The notes below the pieces were generated by a model. That model saw only the letters and a program-made list of their open reading frames with translations. It searched no databases and had not been told where the DNA came from. A DNA stretch of 64,000 nt from Myxococcota bacterium (GTDB taxonomy: Bacteria; Myxococcota; UBA727; JAHDBA01). The stretch spans positions 2,321 through 66,320 of the forward strand of contig JAHDBA010000011.1 of the NCBI GenBank assembly GCA_020630615.1, written 5' to 3'. Shown in pieces: positions 39,057 through 49,276 of this stretch. Every line of letters begins with the position of its first letter. Within the stretch, counting starts at the first letter, position 1. A program made the translations under genes and the position numbers.

Positions 39057-40211
39057 CTAGCTTTCATTGGAGTTGAGTTCGTGTGCGCTCGCTTCGACGT
39101 TCTCGATTCGCGCCCTCAACTGAGTCAGTTGGGCCTTACCTTTATCAAGCCATTGATTGTCTTGCCCGGTTCGCGTCGCCATGGCTTCTGTAGATTCAAA
39201 AATCGAGATTGCTTTTTCGAGGAGCACCTTGGTGCGACTGTGTAAGGCGCTTCGGTAGAGAGCCTGACCGGCATCATCAAGTTCGGCCGGCATCGGCAGC
39301 GCATTGACTTCGTTAAAGAGTGTCTCGTAAAGATTCGCGACTTGAACTCCAGCAGCAGATGCCCACCCGGGGTGTTCACTGCGAATTGCTTTGACGTATT
39401 GGTTCTCTGCGCGGAGAAGCTGTTGGCACTTTTCTTCGAGTCTCCGTCCGATGACTTTTTCCAAGAAGTTAGGGTCTTCGTCATGGATGTCTTGAGTATC
39501 AGCGAGTGTCGTCAGTGTCATGGACTCAAAAGTACGGCGTTGCATTTCACCAAGGTAGAAGTTGGCTTGAGCGATGTAGTAATTTCGCACGGAGATACCC
39601 GGCTTTAGGTTCTTTTCGCGACGTAATGCTTCAAGCATTCGTGATTCAGAAGTCGCGAGGTCTTCAAGCATGTAATATGCAACGGCCGAGCTTACCAGCG
39701 CTTCAATACGTTCGACATTACCAAGCTCTTCAACAAGAAGCCTGTCAAAAACACGGGCGCTCGCACGAAAGTCTTTGAGACCCGCGTGTGCCACTGCACT
39801 TTGAAAGTTTCGATAATGCTCTTTGCGTGTCGCTTTTGGGAAACGACCTTCAAGTGACAGGAGCTGGTTCAGCGCGCTTTCAAAATGCTCGAGTTCAATA
39901 TTGCAGTCTGCAAGTTCAAGAAGAACGTCGGGATAACGTTTGTCTTCGGGGTATGCTTCGATAAAGGATTCGAGATAGGGCTTCGCGCTCTCACAAGAGT
40001 CTGCTTGGAGCAACTCGTCTGCACGGCTGAGGAGTGAGTCTGCATCGTGGGTTTCAAAACCATCGGGCAAGGCCTCAGCCGACGATGTCTTCGCTACACT
40101 CGATCGTGTCGTGGAGCAGGCCAAAGAGCCGAGGATGAGGCCAAGAAGAGTGAGGGTGCGGAGGTGGCTTCGAGCAGTGCGTATGCGCAAGGGATTTTTA
40201 CGAGCGTTCAT
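39057..40211 (-). CDS. Tetratricopeptide-repeat lipoprotein-like protein.
   Basis: Start placed at the ATG at 40209-40211 (MNARKNPLRIR...LTLLGLILGSLACSTT signal). The longer track ORF would overlap 211 nt of the upstream hydrolase. Helical TPR-like repeats follow. Confidence 0.55.
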   Translation of the reverse strand: MNARKNPLRIRTARSHLRTLTLLGLILGSLACSTTRSSVAKTSSAEALPDGFETHDADSLLSRADELLQADSCESAKPYLESFIEAYPEDKRYPDVLLELADCNIELEHFESALNQLLSLEGRFPKATRKEHYRNFQSAVAHAGLKDFRASARVFDRLLVEELGNVERIEALVSSAVAYYMLEDLATSESRMLEALRREKNLKPGISVRNYYIAQANFYLGEMQRRTFESMTLTTLADTQDIHDEDPNFLEKVIGRRLEEKCQQLLRAENQYVKAIRSEHPGWASAAGVQVANLYETLFNEVNALPMPAELDDAGQALYRSALHSRTKVLLEKAISIFESTEAMATRTGQDNQWLDKGKAQLTQLRARIENVEASAHELNSNES

Positions 40212-41109
40212 AGCTTGGAGTTTTGTCTTCAACGTGCACACTGTCAATTTTCTTCTCAAGTGTTTTATGAACGAGCGACAGGATGACCTCAATCGTCTTT
40301 TCGTGAAAAAGGATTCCAGCATGTCCAGTAGGAATCTCAAAATGTTCAAGTGTGCTACCGAGGCGGGTCGTTTCAGAGGGGTACACCGTCGTGTCGTATG
40401 TGGCTGCAAGGCTCATTGCGTTTCTCGGGATACCTTCATCGACCCAATCTGTTGCGTAGAGCCGCTTTTCTTGGGGCCTTTGTTCTTTGCCTTCGCGAAG
40501 AAGAGGTAGAAACTTCGCGAGCGGAGTCCCAAAGTGTGGGCTCGCAAGGGTTACGAACGCGCGTGTCCGTTTCTGGAGCGCGTGGGATCTTTCAAGAATG
40601 CGAGTCACCAGAACACCACCCATCGAGTGCGCAACCCAGATAATCGGGCGTTCATCTGCAATCGTTGTGTCGATTTGTTTTTCAAGGTCTAACGATAACT
40701 TTTCGAGGCCTGCTCCGAATCCATGGGTTGGGCCATGGACTCGGGGGCAGACGACATCCAGTGCGAACGCGGAAAGACTCTTTTTAAGTGTTCTAAAGTT
40801 CGCTGGATGTCCCATGAAGCCGTGGACGCATACAACGACGGGGTTTTCTTCCCTGTCGGAAGTGTCATGCTGCTTTGAGCGCGAGTCTTCTGGTAGAAGA
40901 CGGTACCCTGTTGCCCGAAGTATTGAGCCGAGCTCATCGATAAGATGGAGAGCTGAAAAGTGAAAAGGGGTCGATGTTCGGAAGGCCGGGTGTTCTCCCT
41001 TCATCAGGCGAATGAAAGTACAAATAAGAAGGTAAAAGGTAATCGACGATGTGACGACCAGCGCTATTGCAAGGAGCGAGAGGAGCCCCCAAAGGATTGC
41101 ATCAAGCAA
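40198..41109 (-). CDS. Membrane-anchored alpha/beta hydrolase (lipase/esterase-like).
   Basis: N-terminal TM segment. VVCVHGFMGHP oxyanion region. GxSxG WVAHSMGGVLV. Confidence 0.6.
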   Translation of the reverse strand: MLDAILWGLLSLLAIALVVTSSITFYLLICTFIRLMKGEHPAFRTSTPFHFSALHLIDELGSILRATGYRLLPEDSRSKQHDTSDREENPVVVCVHGFMGHPANFRTLKKSLSAFALDVVCPRVHGPTHGFGAGLEKLSLDLEKQIDTTIADERPIIWVAHSMGGVLVTRILERSHALQKRTRAFVTLASPHFGTPLAKFLPLLREGKEQRPQEKRLYATDWVDEGIPRNAMSLAATYDTTVYPSETTRLGSTLEHFEIPTGHAGILFHEKTIEVILSLVHKTLEKKIDSVHVEDKTPSYERS

Positions 41110-41111
41110 AG

Positions 41112-41702
41112 TTATGACTTGGGGCCCCGTTCAAGATCTGCGATACGCTTTGCCAAATCGTGGATCCGATCTTCAATGACTGCGGCGCTCAAGGACTCTG
41201 AACTTTGTTGGGTCTCACTATCGGCGTCACGCGCTGCCGCATCGTGCTTCGTGTCGTCAATGCATGTTGGGTTGGACAGGTCTTGAGCCTCGCTGGAATT
41301 GTTATCATTCTCAACCTTGAGCTCGTCTTGTTTTTTTGAGTCTTTCTTTTGCGGTTTCTTCCACAGTTGCTCGACGCGACGCTCTACGTCTTCGGTGATC
41401 TGCATCACGGGGTCATGAATTCGGTGCTGATAGAAGTCATTAAGTACGTGGTTGGAGTCTCGAATGATACCTTTTAGTAGGGTCAATGGCGTTCGTGCAG
41501 AGCGTTTCTCTTCTTCAAGAATAACTTGCGCGAAAGTTATGGCGGTGAGGTCATCGCCACTTTTATTGTCGATGACGCGAATTTCGTTATGCTCGCGGAC
41601 CATATCTGCAATGTCATCTAAGGTGACATATCGACTGTGCTCGGTATCATAGAGTTTTCGATTTGCGTACCGCTTGATCAGAATTTCGCTTGCCATGACC
41701 AA
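41112..41702 (-). CDS. phaR: Polyhydroxyalkanoate synthesis repressor PhaR-like protein.
   Basis: ILIKRYANRKLYDTEHSRYVTLDDIADMVREHNEIRVIDNKSGDDLTAITFAQVILEEE matches the PhaR N-terminal DNA-binding domain. Confidence 0.7.
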   Translation of the reverse strand: MVMASEILIKRYANRKLYDTEHSRYVTLDDIADMVREHNEIRVIDNKSGDDLTAITFAQVILEEEKRSARTPLTLLKGIIRDSNHVLNDFYQHRIHDPVMQITEDVERRVEQLWKKPQKKDSKKQDELKVENDNNSSEAQDLSNPTCIDDTKHDAAARDADSETQQSSESLSAAVIEDRIHDLAKRIADLERGPKS

Positions 41703-41822
41703 AAGTTAATGGTTTTGCGCAAAGGATCAACGGGTTATGGCACAGCGCAGCAATTCACGGAGCCGAGGCGCGAATATGCTGATTTTTTGACCCCTATCAA
41801 TAGCTTCTTTAGCATTGACTGC

Positions 41823-42734
41823 GTGAATGTGAACAAACCCCATATCCCGGTTATGCTGCACTCGGTGGTTGAAGCCTTGTCCCCAGTTGATGGCGCGAAT
41901 TTTGCCGATGTGACCGCGGGGGCGGGTGGCCATTTGGCTGCAATCTGCGAGCGCATCGCGCCATCGGGCTATGTTATGGCCTTGGATCAAGATGAGCGCG
42001 CTTTTCAGGACGATGCTGCGGGTGGTGTTGTCGCTCGCTTTCCAAAGAACAGTGTATTGCTTCGCGCAAACTTCGAAGAGATCGCAGCATGCGCGCGTAA
42101 ACAAGGTCTTGAAGGCTTTGATGGCATTTTGGCCGATTTGGGCGTCTCTTCAATGCATTTTGATGAAATGGAGAGGGGCTTCTCGTTCAGGCATGATGGG
42201 CCAATCGACATGCGAATGGATACCCGCCAGGGTGAGAATGCCTACGACCTTCTTGCTCGCCTCAAACAAGACCAACTTGCAGACTTAATCTTCGAGCTCG
42301 GCGAGGAGCGTTTCTCGCGACGTATTGCGCGATCCATTAAGTCGAAGTGGCCCATGCCTAACTCGACACTTGAGCTTGCAAAGCGTGTGCAAGACGCTGT
42401 TCCTGGAGCTGTAAGGTCACGCCGGCACCCTGCGACAAAGACTTTTCAGGCGTTGCGCATGGCTGTAAATCGAGAGTTGGATGTCCTGGAAACGTTTATC
42501 GAAAGTGCTGCTGCTCTTCTTGTACCCGGAGGCCGCCTCGGAATTATTACTTTCCATTCCCTTGAGGATCGCATTGTAAAAAACAAATTTCGCAACTTCG
42601 TACGCGAGAGTAAAAACTTCCAGCTCTTCTCAAAAAAGCCTCTGACACCGAGCCCATTCGAAGTACAAGAGAATCCGCGTGCCCGCAGCGCTAAATTTCG
42701 GGTCTTGATTCGGAGGCAAGATGACAGGGAATAG
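41823..42734 (+). CDS. rsmH: 16S rRNA (cytosine1402-N4)-methyltransferase RsmH (MraW).
   Basis: HIPVMLHSVVEALSP...ADVTAGAGGHLAAI (SAM-binding)...DLGVSSMHFD. The start is uncertain: GTG at 41823 or 41829, or ATG at 41853. The track ORF from 41637 overlaps phaR. Confidence 0.8.
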   Translation: MNVNKPHIPVMLHSVVEALSPVDGANFADVTAGAGGHLAAICERIAPSGYVMALDQDERAFQDDAAGGVVARFPKNSVLLRANFEEIAACARKQGLEGFDGILADLGVSSMHFDEMERGFSFRHDGPIDMRMDTRQGENAYDLLARLKQDQLADLIFELGEERFSRRIARSIKSKWPMPNSTLELAKRVQDAVPGAVRSRRHPATKTFQALRMAVNRELDVLETFIESAAALLVPGGRLGIITFHSLEDRIVKNKFRNFVRESKNFQLFSKKPLTPSPFEVQENPRARSAKFRVLIRRQDDRE

Positions 42735-43122
42735 GAGGAAATCTGTACACCCGCTTGACTTGGACACCCGCCCGGCAACGACACCAAAACATCACGCTTC
42801 ACGAGTTGCTACCGCGCGCGATAAGGCCGGATGGATAGCGCTCCACTGGGGTGAACGAATGCGCGGCCTAAGTACACTCATTCTTGCCACGCTCGCATTC
42901 TCAATGGTCACGGGGTGGTGCGTGCTACGGCTCAAGCGGCTCAAGGCTCAAGAAGTCATGGGTTTCGAGTTAAGGCGGCTGCAGATTGCTGTCGATGCAG
43001 CAGATGTCCACTTGAGACGTTTGAGTATTGAAGAACAGCGACTCTCGAGCCCACAGCGCTTGGAAGAAATTGCGAAATCTTTAGGGCTTGAAATGCGCGT
43101 CGAAGGTGGCCTTCATGAATGA
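42721..43122 (+). CDS. ftsL: Cell division protein FtsL-like (single TM plus coiled coil).
   Basis: TM segment LILATLAFSMVTGWCVLRL followed by a leucine-zipper-like helix. Its position between rsmH and ftsI supports the call. Confidence 0.55.
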   Translation: MTGNRRKSVHPLDLDTRPATTPKHHASRVATARDKAGWIALHWGERMRGLSTLILATLAFSMVTGWCVLRLKRLKAQEVMGFELRRLQIAVDAADVHLRRLSIEEQRLSSPQRLEEIAKSLGLEMRVEGGLHE

Positions 43123-45208
43123 AAGGCGAATCTGGAGCGTCATGGTTCTTTTCGTGCTTGTTGCGAGCGCATTTGTTTTAAAGTCTGCGCGTCTTCAGAC
43201 GCATCTTCATACGTCCTTAGAAGGATGGTCCGAAGCACAATCGAAGCGCGTGCACACATTGCGTGGTCGCCGCGGGGCAATACGGGATCGAGCGGGGCAC
43301 ATCATGGCGATGGATGTCGAAGGCTGGTCGGTGTCGTTGAGGCCGCAACTGGTTCGATGGAGCAAAGAGGAATTCTTGAGCGTTGCGCAGATCTTGGCGA
43401 TGAAGCCCGAGGAGTTGGCGACTAAAGTGAACTCGGATTCCCGTTTTACCTGGCTTCGACGCCGTGCGACGGAAAGCGAAGTGCATCAACTTCGTGAATT
43501 GAAAGTGAATGGTATTGATTTTCATCCCTTGCATCAACGCTTTTATCCCCATGGGGATGTCGCGGGGGCTCTCCTGGGAACAGTGAATATTGATGGCGTG
43601 GGGCAAAGTGGTCTGGAAGCCAAATGGGAAGAGACGCTGCGCGGACACGACTTGAAACTCCCGATGCGTCGAGACAATCGAGGGCGCCTTGGCTATCTTG
43701 CTGGTGGTTTTGCTTACGATGTGCGTGACGGCGAAGACGTCCACACGACCTTGGATCTCAATCTTCAAAGTCATCTAGATATTTTGGTGCAAGAAGCCGG
43801 TGCACGTCTGAATCCAAAGTCAATTTCAGTCGTGGTCTTGGACGTTGAAGAGGGTGAGTTGCGCGGGCTGGCCTCTTACCCTTCATTCGACCCGAACCGA
43901 CGAGAGGGGAATCCCAGGATTCATGCGCTCTCCGACATGTTTGAACCGGGCTCGACAATGAAAACGGTTGCCTTTGCATCGTTGATTGAACACGGACTCT
44001 TCCGAGCCGGGAAGAAGATTGATTGCGAGCAGGGTAAACTTTCCCTGGGTGATTTCACGATTCGTGACACACATCGTTACGACGTTTTGACGTCGGAAGA
44101 CGTCTATAAAAAATCAAGCAACATTGGAACCTTAAAGCTTGCGCTGGAGCTTAGTGAGACACAAACACAGTCGATGCTTCGAGATTTTGGCTTTGGTGAA
44201 AGTACGGGATTGGGAATGCGTGAAGAAGCCCGAGGGCGACTTCCGAAACGGAAAAAATGGGGCAAGGTTCGCCGTGCAACAATCAGTTATGGCCATGGTC
44301 TCATGGCGACACCTCTGCAGTTGGCCTCGATGGGGTTGACGATTGCCTCGGGTGGGTTGCGAAGGAAACTCAAGCTCATTTCGAACTCTGCACCTCATGA
44401 GGAAAGTGAGCACGCTTTAACCGGTGATATTTCAGAACCACGACGCGTTCTATCGAAGAAATCGGCATTGCGTTTAACGCGACTTATGGAGCGCGTGACC
44501 GAAAAGGGTGGGACAGGAGGAGGCGCTCGTATCCCAGGTATTCGTGTTGCCGGTAAGACCGGAACGGCTGAAAAAGTTGACCCTGAAAGTGGACAATACA
44601 GTCGTAGTCACCACATGGCATCCTTTGTGGGTTTCGCCCCGGCAGAACAACCGCGACTCGTCGCTTATGTCGTTGTCGACGAGCCTCAAGGTATCCAGTT
44701 TGGCGGTAGTGTTGCAGGGCCCTTATGGGCAGATGCTGTCGAGTATGGCCTGCGCTACGCGATCGATAACAATCGAAAGATTGTACGATCAATGGACGAC
44801 GCTCGAAGCCTCCTAGCGTTGGAAGAAGAGAAGAAAGCGATTCCGAGAGCCGGGGCTCCCCTTCGTAATGGCAATGGTGTTTTAGTGGGCAGTGAAACAC
44901 TGGACGAGACATTTGAAAGTGCATCGAACACAACGAAGGAGACCTACGCATGTTTGCCCCTCTACATTGAGAAGAACCCACAGAATATCTTGCCGGGTTC
45001 AGACCTCAGCGCAAACGCGGAGTCTGTTGACTTCTGTGGTCTTGATCCGCGTTCAGCACTCACACGCGCGAGTCAACTCGGTGTAGAGCTGCGTTTCGAG
45101 GGTGTTGGTAATGTTGTCGGTCAAAAGAATGTTCAAGGAAAAATACATTTGAAGTTGAGTGATGCATGGGTTGATGCATGGCCTTCTCTCCACAACGAGG
45201 GGCGTTAA
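43088..45208 (+). CDS. ftsI: Peptidoglycan D,D-transpeptidase FtsI (PBP3).
   Basis: N-terminal TM segment. Active site SxxK (FEPGSTMKTV). SxN (KSSNIGT). KTGT (AGKTGTAEK). C-terminal extension of about 100 aa. Confidence 0.85.
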   Translation: MKCASKVAFMNERRIWSVMVLFVLVASAFVLKSARLQTHLHTSLEGWSEAQSKRVHTLRGRRGAIRDRAGHIMAMDVEGWSVSLRPQLVRWSKEEFLSVAQILAMKPEELATKVNSDSRFTWLRRRATESEVHQLRELKVNGIDFHPLHQRFYPHGDVAGALLGTVNIDGVGQSGLEAKWEETLRGHDLKLPMRRDNRGRLGYLAGGFAYDVRDGEDVHTTLDLNLQSHLDILVQEAGARLNPKSISVVVLDVEEGELRGLASYPSFDPNRREGNPRIHALSDMFEPGSTMKTVAFASLIEHGLFRAGKKIDCEQGKLSLGDFTIRDTHRYDVLTSEDVYKKSSNIGTLKLALELSETQTQSMLRDFGFGESTGLGMREEARGRLPKRKKWGKVRRATISYGHGLMATPLQLASMGLTIASGGLRRKLKLISNSAPHEESEHALTGDISEPRRVLSKKSALRLTRLMERVTEKGGTGGGARIPGIRVAGKTGTAEKVDPESGQYSRSHHMASFVGFAPAEQPRLVAYVVVDEPQGIQFGGSVAGPLWADAVEYGLRYAIDNNRKIVRSMDDARSLLALEEEKKAIPRAGAPLRNGNGVLVGSETLDETFESASNTTKETYACLPLYIEKNPQNILPGSDLSANAESVDFCGLDPRSALTRASQLGVELRFEGVGNVVGQKNVQGKIHLKLSDAWVDAWPSLHNEGR

Positions 45209-45209
45209 G

Positions 45210-46907
45210 ATGTCCATAGAGACTAGAGGGCGGATTCGAAGGCCACAAAGCCTCCCCAAGGGCCTTTCAGGGAAAAAGGTCGCTGAAGGAATTCGAAGCC
45301 ACCATAATAAGGCTCTCGATGGTTCCTTGCTGGTAAGCGAGGTTGACTTTGTAAGTTTGCGTTCAATGCATTTTATTAATGTGTGTCTGGACTCCAGGCG
45401 CGTTGAGCCGAACTCAATCTTTATCGCAGCGGCCGGTGCCACAAAAACTTCTGCACATGGCGGGGAGTTCGTAGACAGTGCGCTGCAAAAAGGCGCGACG
45501 CTCGTCTTGCTTGAACACACGTATCCCGAACGTGCATCGGTGATCAAAACATGCGCACAAGCAGACATACTGTGTCTGCTGGTCGATGCCCCGCGCGCAC
45601 TTGCGGGTCTTTTAACCCACGCATTGTTTGGAAATCCCGCGGAGGCTTTCGCGTCTGTCGGTGTTACAGGCACCAATGGCAAGACCACAGTTGCGTGGCT
45701 TTTTTCCCAGATTGCCGCAAGACTGGGGGAGCCAGGGTATTCTGTTGGGACACTTGGACATGGCCCGGTTGGCGACTTAAGTTACGACGGGTTTACAACA
45801 CCCGAGGCCTCCGACCTTGCGCTTACGATAAACGCGTGGAAGCAAACACAAAGCGACGCGCAATCCAGCCCAAAGAAGAGTTTGATTATGGAGGTGTCAT
45901 CGATAGCGCTCGAGACCTCTCGCGTCGCAGGGCTTGCCTTTGATGTTGGTATTCTAACTCAACTGGGTTCGGATCACTTGGACGTACATCAAACCTTAGA
46001 ACGCTATTACGCCGCAAAACGCTTGCTCTTTAGCGATTACTTGAAGAAGTCTTCCGCGCATGATTCTCAACAAGGAAAAATTGTTTATCCTGAGGCACTT
46101 CGCCGGCATGCTTTTTGGGATGCTGGCTGCGATGCCGATGACTTTGACGCACTCTCATTCGGAGAGACCTCGGGCAATGTGCAAATTGCCCTGAAAGAGG
46201 GCAAGAGCAAAGGTATGCGGGTCACAATTAAGGAAGATGTGTTTGAGCTCGATTGGGTTCTCGCGGGGGCACACAATCGCTCGAACCTTGCGGCTTGCCT
46301 TGCGGCGTGGGTGCATCTCGGCCGAAAATCAGAACTTCGTTCATGCTTGCAAGAAGAACTCACATTGCCCCCGGGGCGATTGGAACGCGTGAAGGTTGAA
46401 GGTCAACCTGAAGTTTGGATTGACTTTGCGCACAGCCCCGATGCACTCGAGACCTTGCTGACCTCAGCGCGCGAAGTGTGCAATGGTCGACTCTGGGTAC
46501 TCTTTGGATGCGGCGGCAATAGGGACGCACAAAAACGACCTGAAATGGGAAGGGTGGCATCCTTGGCAGATGTTGTTGTCGTCTGTAACGATAACCCTAG
46601 AGATGAGGACCCGAGTTTTATTGCGGCGTCAATCGTTCAAGGTTTTGGAACCCTGGGTCATGCATGTTCCAGGGTCGTTGATGCGGGTGCATCTAAAAAG
46701 AGCTCAGGGACGTCCAAGGCAACACATTCATTCTCATATGTTGTGTGCTTGAACCGACGCGATGCAATTCGAGAAAGTATTCATGCGGCAGGGCCCGATG
46801 ATATTGTCGTCGTTGCTGGGAAGGGGCATGAAACGACGCAAGAAGTTGCCGGTGAGAAGTTTCCTTTTTCGGACCGAGGTGAGGTGGAAGTCGCGCTGAG
46901 TACGTGA
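45210..46907 (+). CDS. murE: UDP-N-acetylmuramoyl-L-alanyl-D-glutamate--2,6-diaminopimelate ligase MurE.
   Basis: Mur ligase P-loop GVTGTNGKTTVA. The ATG at 45210 lies 1 nt after the ftsI stop. The track ORF starts at 45159 in the same frame. Confidence 0.85.
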   Translation: MSIETRGRIRRPQSLPKGLSGKKVAEGIRSHHNKALDGSLLVSEVDFVSLRSMHFINVCLDSRRVEPNSIFIAAAGATKTSAHGGEFVDSALQKGATLVLLEHTYPERASVIKTCAQADILCLLVDAPRALAGLLTHALFGNPAEAFASVGVTGTNGKTTVAWLFSQIAARLGEPGYSVGTLGHGPVGDLSYDGFTTPEASDLALTINAWKQTQSDAQSSPKKSLIMEVSSIALETSRVAGLAFDVGILTQLGSDHLDVHQTLERYYAAKRLLFSDYLKKSSAHDSQQGKIVYPEALRRHAFWDAGCDADDFDALSFGETSGNVQIALKEGKSKGMRVTIKEDVFELDWVLAGAHNRSNLAACLAAWVHLGRKSELRSCLQEELTLPPGRLERVKVEGQPEVWIDFAHSPDALETLLTSAREVCNGRLWVLFGCGGNRDAQKRPEMGRVASLADVVVVCNDNPRDEDPSFIAASIVQGFGTLGHACSRVVDAGASKKSSGTSKATHSFSYVVCLNRRDAIRESIHAAGPDDIVVVAGKGHETTQEVAGEKFPFSDRGEVEVALST

Positions 46908-46915
46908 AATCACTT

Positions 46916-49276
46916 TCATAGCTGTCCGCGTAACGGAGCAAGCTTTTTTGGATACCGTAGTTTTTGTGAGAGACCGCTCATTGGATCGGGATGTCCATCA
47001 ACCCGCATATTAAACAGAAAATAGGTCGGCACACAAAACCCAACATCGTCTCGATGTAGGTCTTCGATAATCTTCGAATCTATATCGCCCGGGCTTGCCT
47101 TGTTGACTCTGATGCCCTTCTTTGTTCGTTCATAGGGCTCTCGTGCACTCAAATCATAGCGAGGTATTTGCTGACAAATATAATCTTCGCGACACAACCG
47201 ATCAGCATTACAGGTGTCGAGCATTGCACGTGCCACAAGCTTTTCAAGACATGCGCCGGCATTACTACCCGCGGCGCACGCATCGAAGCCTCGGCCGCCT
47301 TGGTGTGCGCAAATCTCATTGGGATAGTCTGGCCTACGCTCAGGCTCTGCACTCACATTGTCTGGGTGAAGCTCGTCAAAAACCTTGAAGGTTTCTTCTG
47401 CTTTCGAACATTGTCGCCCACGCCGGCCAAGGGGAGCACCACTTTTAGGTGATGCACATGAATAGCGTTTACGTCGGTCGCCTCTGCCATAATTGTCATG
47501 GACTTTGCGCTCAACTTTAAAGCGATCTTGAAATGCAACGAGGCTTGACGAGGAGTGTTCTTGTTTACGATTATATTCAATCAAGGTGCCCTCAAAGCAT
47601 GCACCACCAGCATATAAGTCCCTGTGATCCCCGCTTTCGGTGACAACACATTCGCCATAAATACTATCCCTACCTTTGACTGTCGTGTGACAAGTTGTGC
47701 TATGTGCACACGAAGCGCTTTCACGAAATGTATTTTGCCCTAGGTGATTCAAGCATAAACTTCCACGTTCAAGTGACGCATCGTGTCTAAAAGCGGAGAG
47801 TGAGCGAAAAGAGTCGTTCTCTTGGTTGTTTATTACGTTGTCGAGATAGAGTTCGCGAAACATCAACTCGTCTCTCAAATGAGGTGATACAGGAAACTGC
47901 TGGCGATTAAAGCTGTGAGAAGTATTTTGATTTGCGCGGCCAAGAATATGAAAGCCAGCAGTACCGCCACTTTGATGGCAGCCCATGCATGTCATATTAT
48001 CAAGACGCTCAATAAGCCCTCGTTCATTCTTAATGAAATCAAGCTGATGATAATCGATATCAGCGAGCAGCCCTTCTCGACCATCAAAGATTCGGGCATA
48101 AGGTTTATTGATCTTCCGAGCATGACCCATCGTCGACCACGAGATTGAACGCGTCGCTAGAACTTCGTTGGCTTTCTCGAGTTTGTCAGGGAAGACCCAT
48201 GTGCCTTGATCGATTGCATGAAGATTCTTTGGGTCTTTAAGTTCATTTAAAAGTATATCAAGTAAATGTTTCGATTCGAGCAAAGCCTCAACATTGGGAG
48301 TATTTTCAAGGGGCATCGGTTCGAATCGACTTTTTTTCTTTCTCAGCACACGCTGAATGTACATGGCCTGCCCACCCAGGTCTGTCATGTAACCAGAGGT
48401 GAAGCGTACACTTTGATAGTTGAGTTCTATCTGGTGAAGGTCTGAAGATTCAAGTAAGAGTCGCACAAGATTATCGTGACGCTGTTGCTGCGATTTGGAC
48501 TGTGTCTCAAGATTTTCTACAAGTCGCATCCATGAACGTCCATGTTCAACACATGGCTTGCTATCGCTCCAGCGCCGTACCACGTTAATAAAGTGCGGCA
48601 GTGTCGATTGTGTCGTTTTTGTGCGATAGCTGAGACGGTAGATGAGCCTTATCTCACCACATCTGCCGTGCCCGAAGTCACGTTTATCCATACGATTGAC
48701 AAGTGCGATTAACTGGTGGCGTGCAAATGGTGATTTGAGCCAACGTGGGTCAAAGATGCGCGGTTCGTCACCCTCGCGCTCTAATAAATAAGGTCGTGCA
48801 GCATCAAAGGTTGCTTCGCTAATACGATAGGGTTTGCGGGTTTGCTCTGATGCCCAAGCACCATCATCATTAAAGCCAGAGAGCGTGGTTCGTATTTCAT
48901 GAATATCACCGGTTGGCAGGTTGGGGGCCTCATCAAAGTACGTCAAATCGACAAGACTACGGTACGCTGCACTATTGAAATAGAGTTGGTCATTCGTTAA
49001 AAGCACATCGCTGCGGTAGGGGCTTTTGTCTTCAAGCATATGGTCTTCAAATGCGAGTCCAGACCCTTCAAGTTTGGATAATGTGCTAGTATCTAAAACA
49101 ACGGTCTTCGACGACTTAATATCATGACGCGGAGTTTTTTGTGTATAGCCCCCTGACGAAGCGCCGAATATCGCAGAGACTATGAATGCGAGAGGTGCAA
49201 TAAACGTCATCGTCGCTTCACCAGCCTCGTCGCATGTGCGCATTTGGAAAGTTGGAAGGGTAGAGACCATTGTCAC
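46916..49276 (-). CDS. Large secreted hypothetical protein with a single c-type heme-binding motif (CxxCH) and a Cys-rich C-terminal half.
   Basis: Signal peptide MTFIAPLAFIVSAIFGASSGG. Mid-protein motif NMTCMGCHQSGGTAGFH. Many cysteines follow. It is convergent with murE, with stop codons 8 nt apart. Confidence 0.55.
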   Translation of the reverse strand: MTMVSTLPTFQMRTCDEAGEATMTFIAPLAFIVSAIFGASSGGYTQKTPRHDIKSSKTVVLDTSTLSKLEGSGLAFEDHMLEDKSPYRSDVLLTNDQLYFNSAAYRSLVDLTYFDEAPNLPTGDIHEIRTTLSGFNDDGAWASEQTRKPYRISEATFDAARPYLLEREGDEPRIFDPRWLKSPFARHQLIALVNRMDKRDFGHGRCGEIRLIYRLSYRTKTTQSTLPHFINVVRRWSDSKPCVEHGRSWMRLVENLETQSKSQQQRHDNLVRLLLESSDLHQIELNYQSVRFTSGYMTDLGGQAMYIQRVLRKKKSRFEPMPLENTPNVEALLESKHLLDILLNELKDPKNLHAIDQGTWVFPDKLEKANEVLATRSISWSTMGHARKINKPYARIFDGREGLLADIDYHQLDFIKNERGLIERLDNMTCMGCHQSGGTAGFHILGRANQNTSHSFNRQQFPVSPHLRDELMFRELYLDNVINNQENDSFRSLSAFRHDASLERGSLCLNHLGQNTFRESASCAHSTTCHTTVKGRDSIYGECVVTESGDHRDLYAGGACFEGTLIEYNRKQEHSSSSLVAFQDRFKVERKVHDNYGRGDRRKRYSCASPKSGAPLGRRGRQCSKAEETFKVFDELHPDNVSAEPERRPDYPNEICAHQGGRGFDACAAGSNAGACLEKLVARAMLDTCNADRLCREDYICQQIPRYDLSAREPYERTKKGIRVNKASPGDIDSKIIEDLHRDDVGFCVPTYFLFNMRVDGHPDPMSGLSQKLRYPKKLAPLRGQL

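Noticed and set aside
39057-40409. 450-aa extended TPR ORF.
   Set aside because: It would overlap 211 nt of the upstream alpha/beta hydrolase. The internal ATG at 40211 precedes a signal peptide and sits 8 nt after the hydrolase stop.
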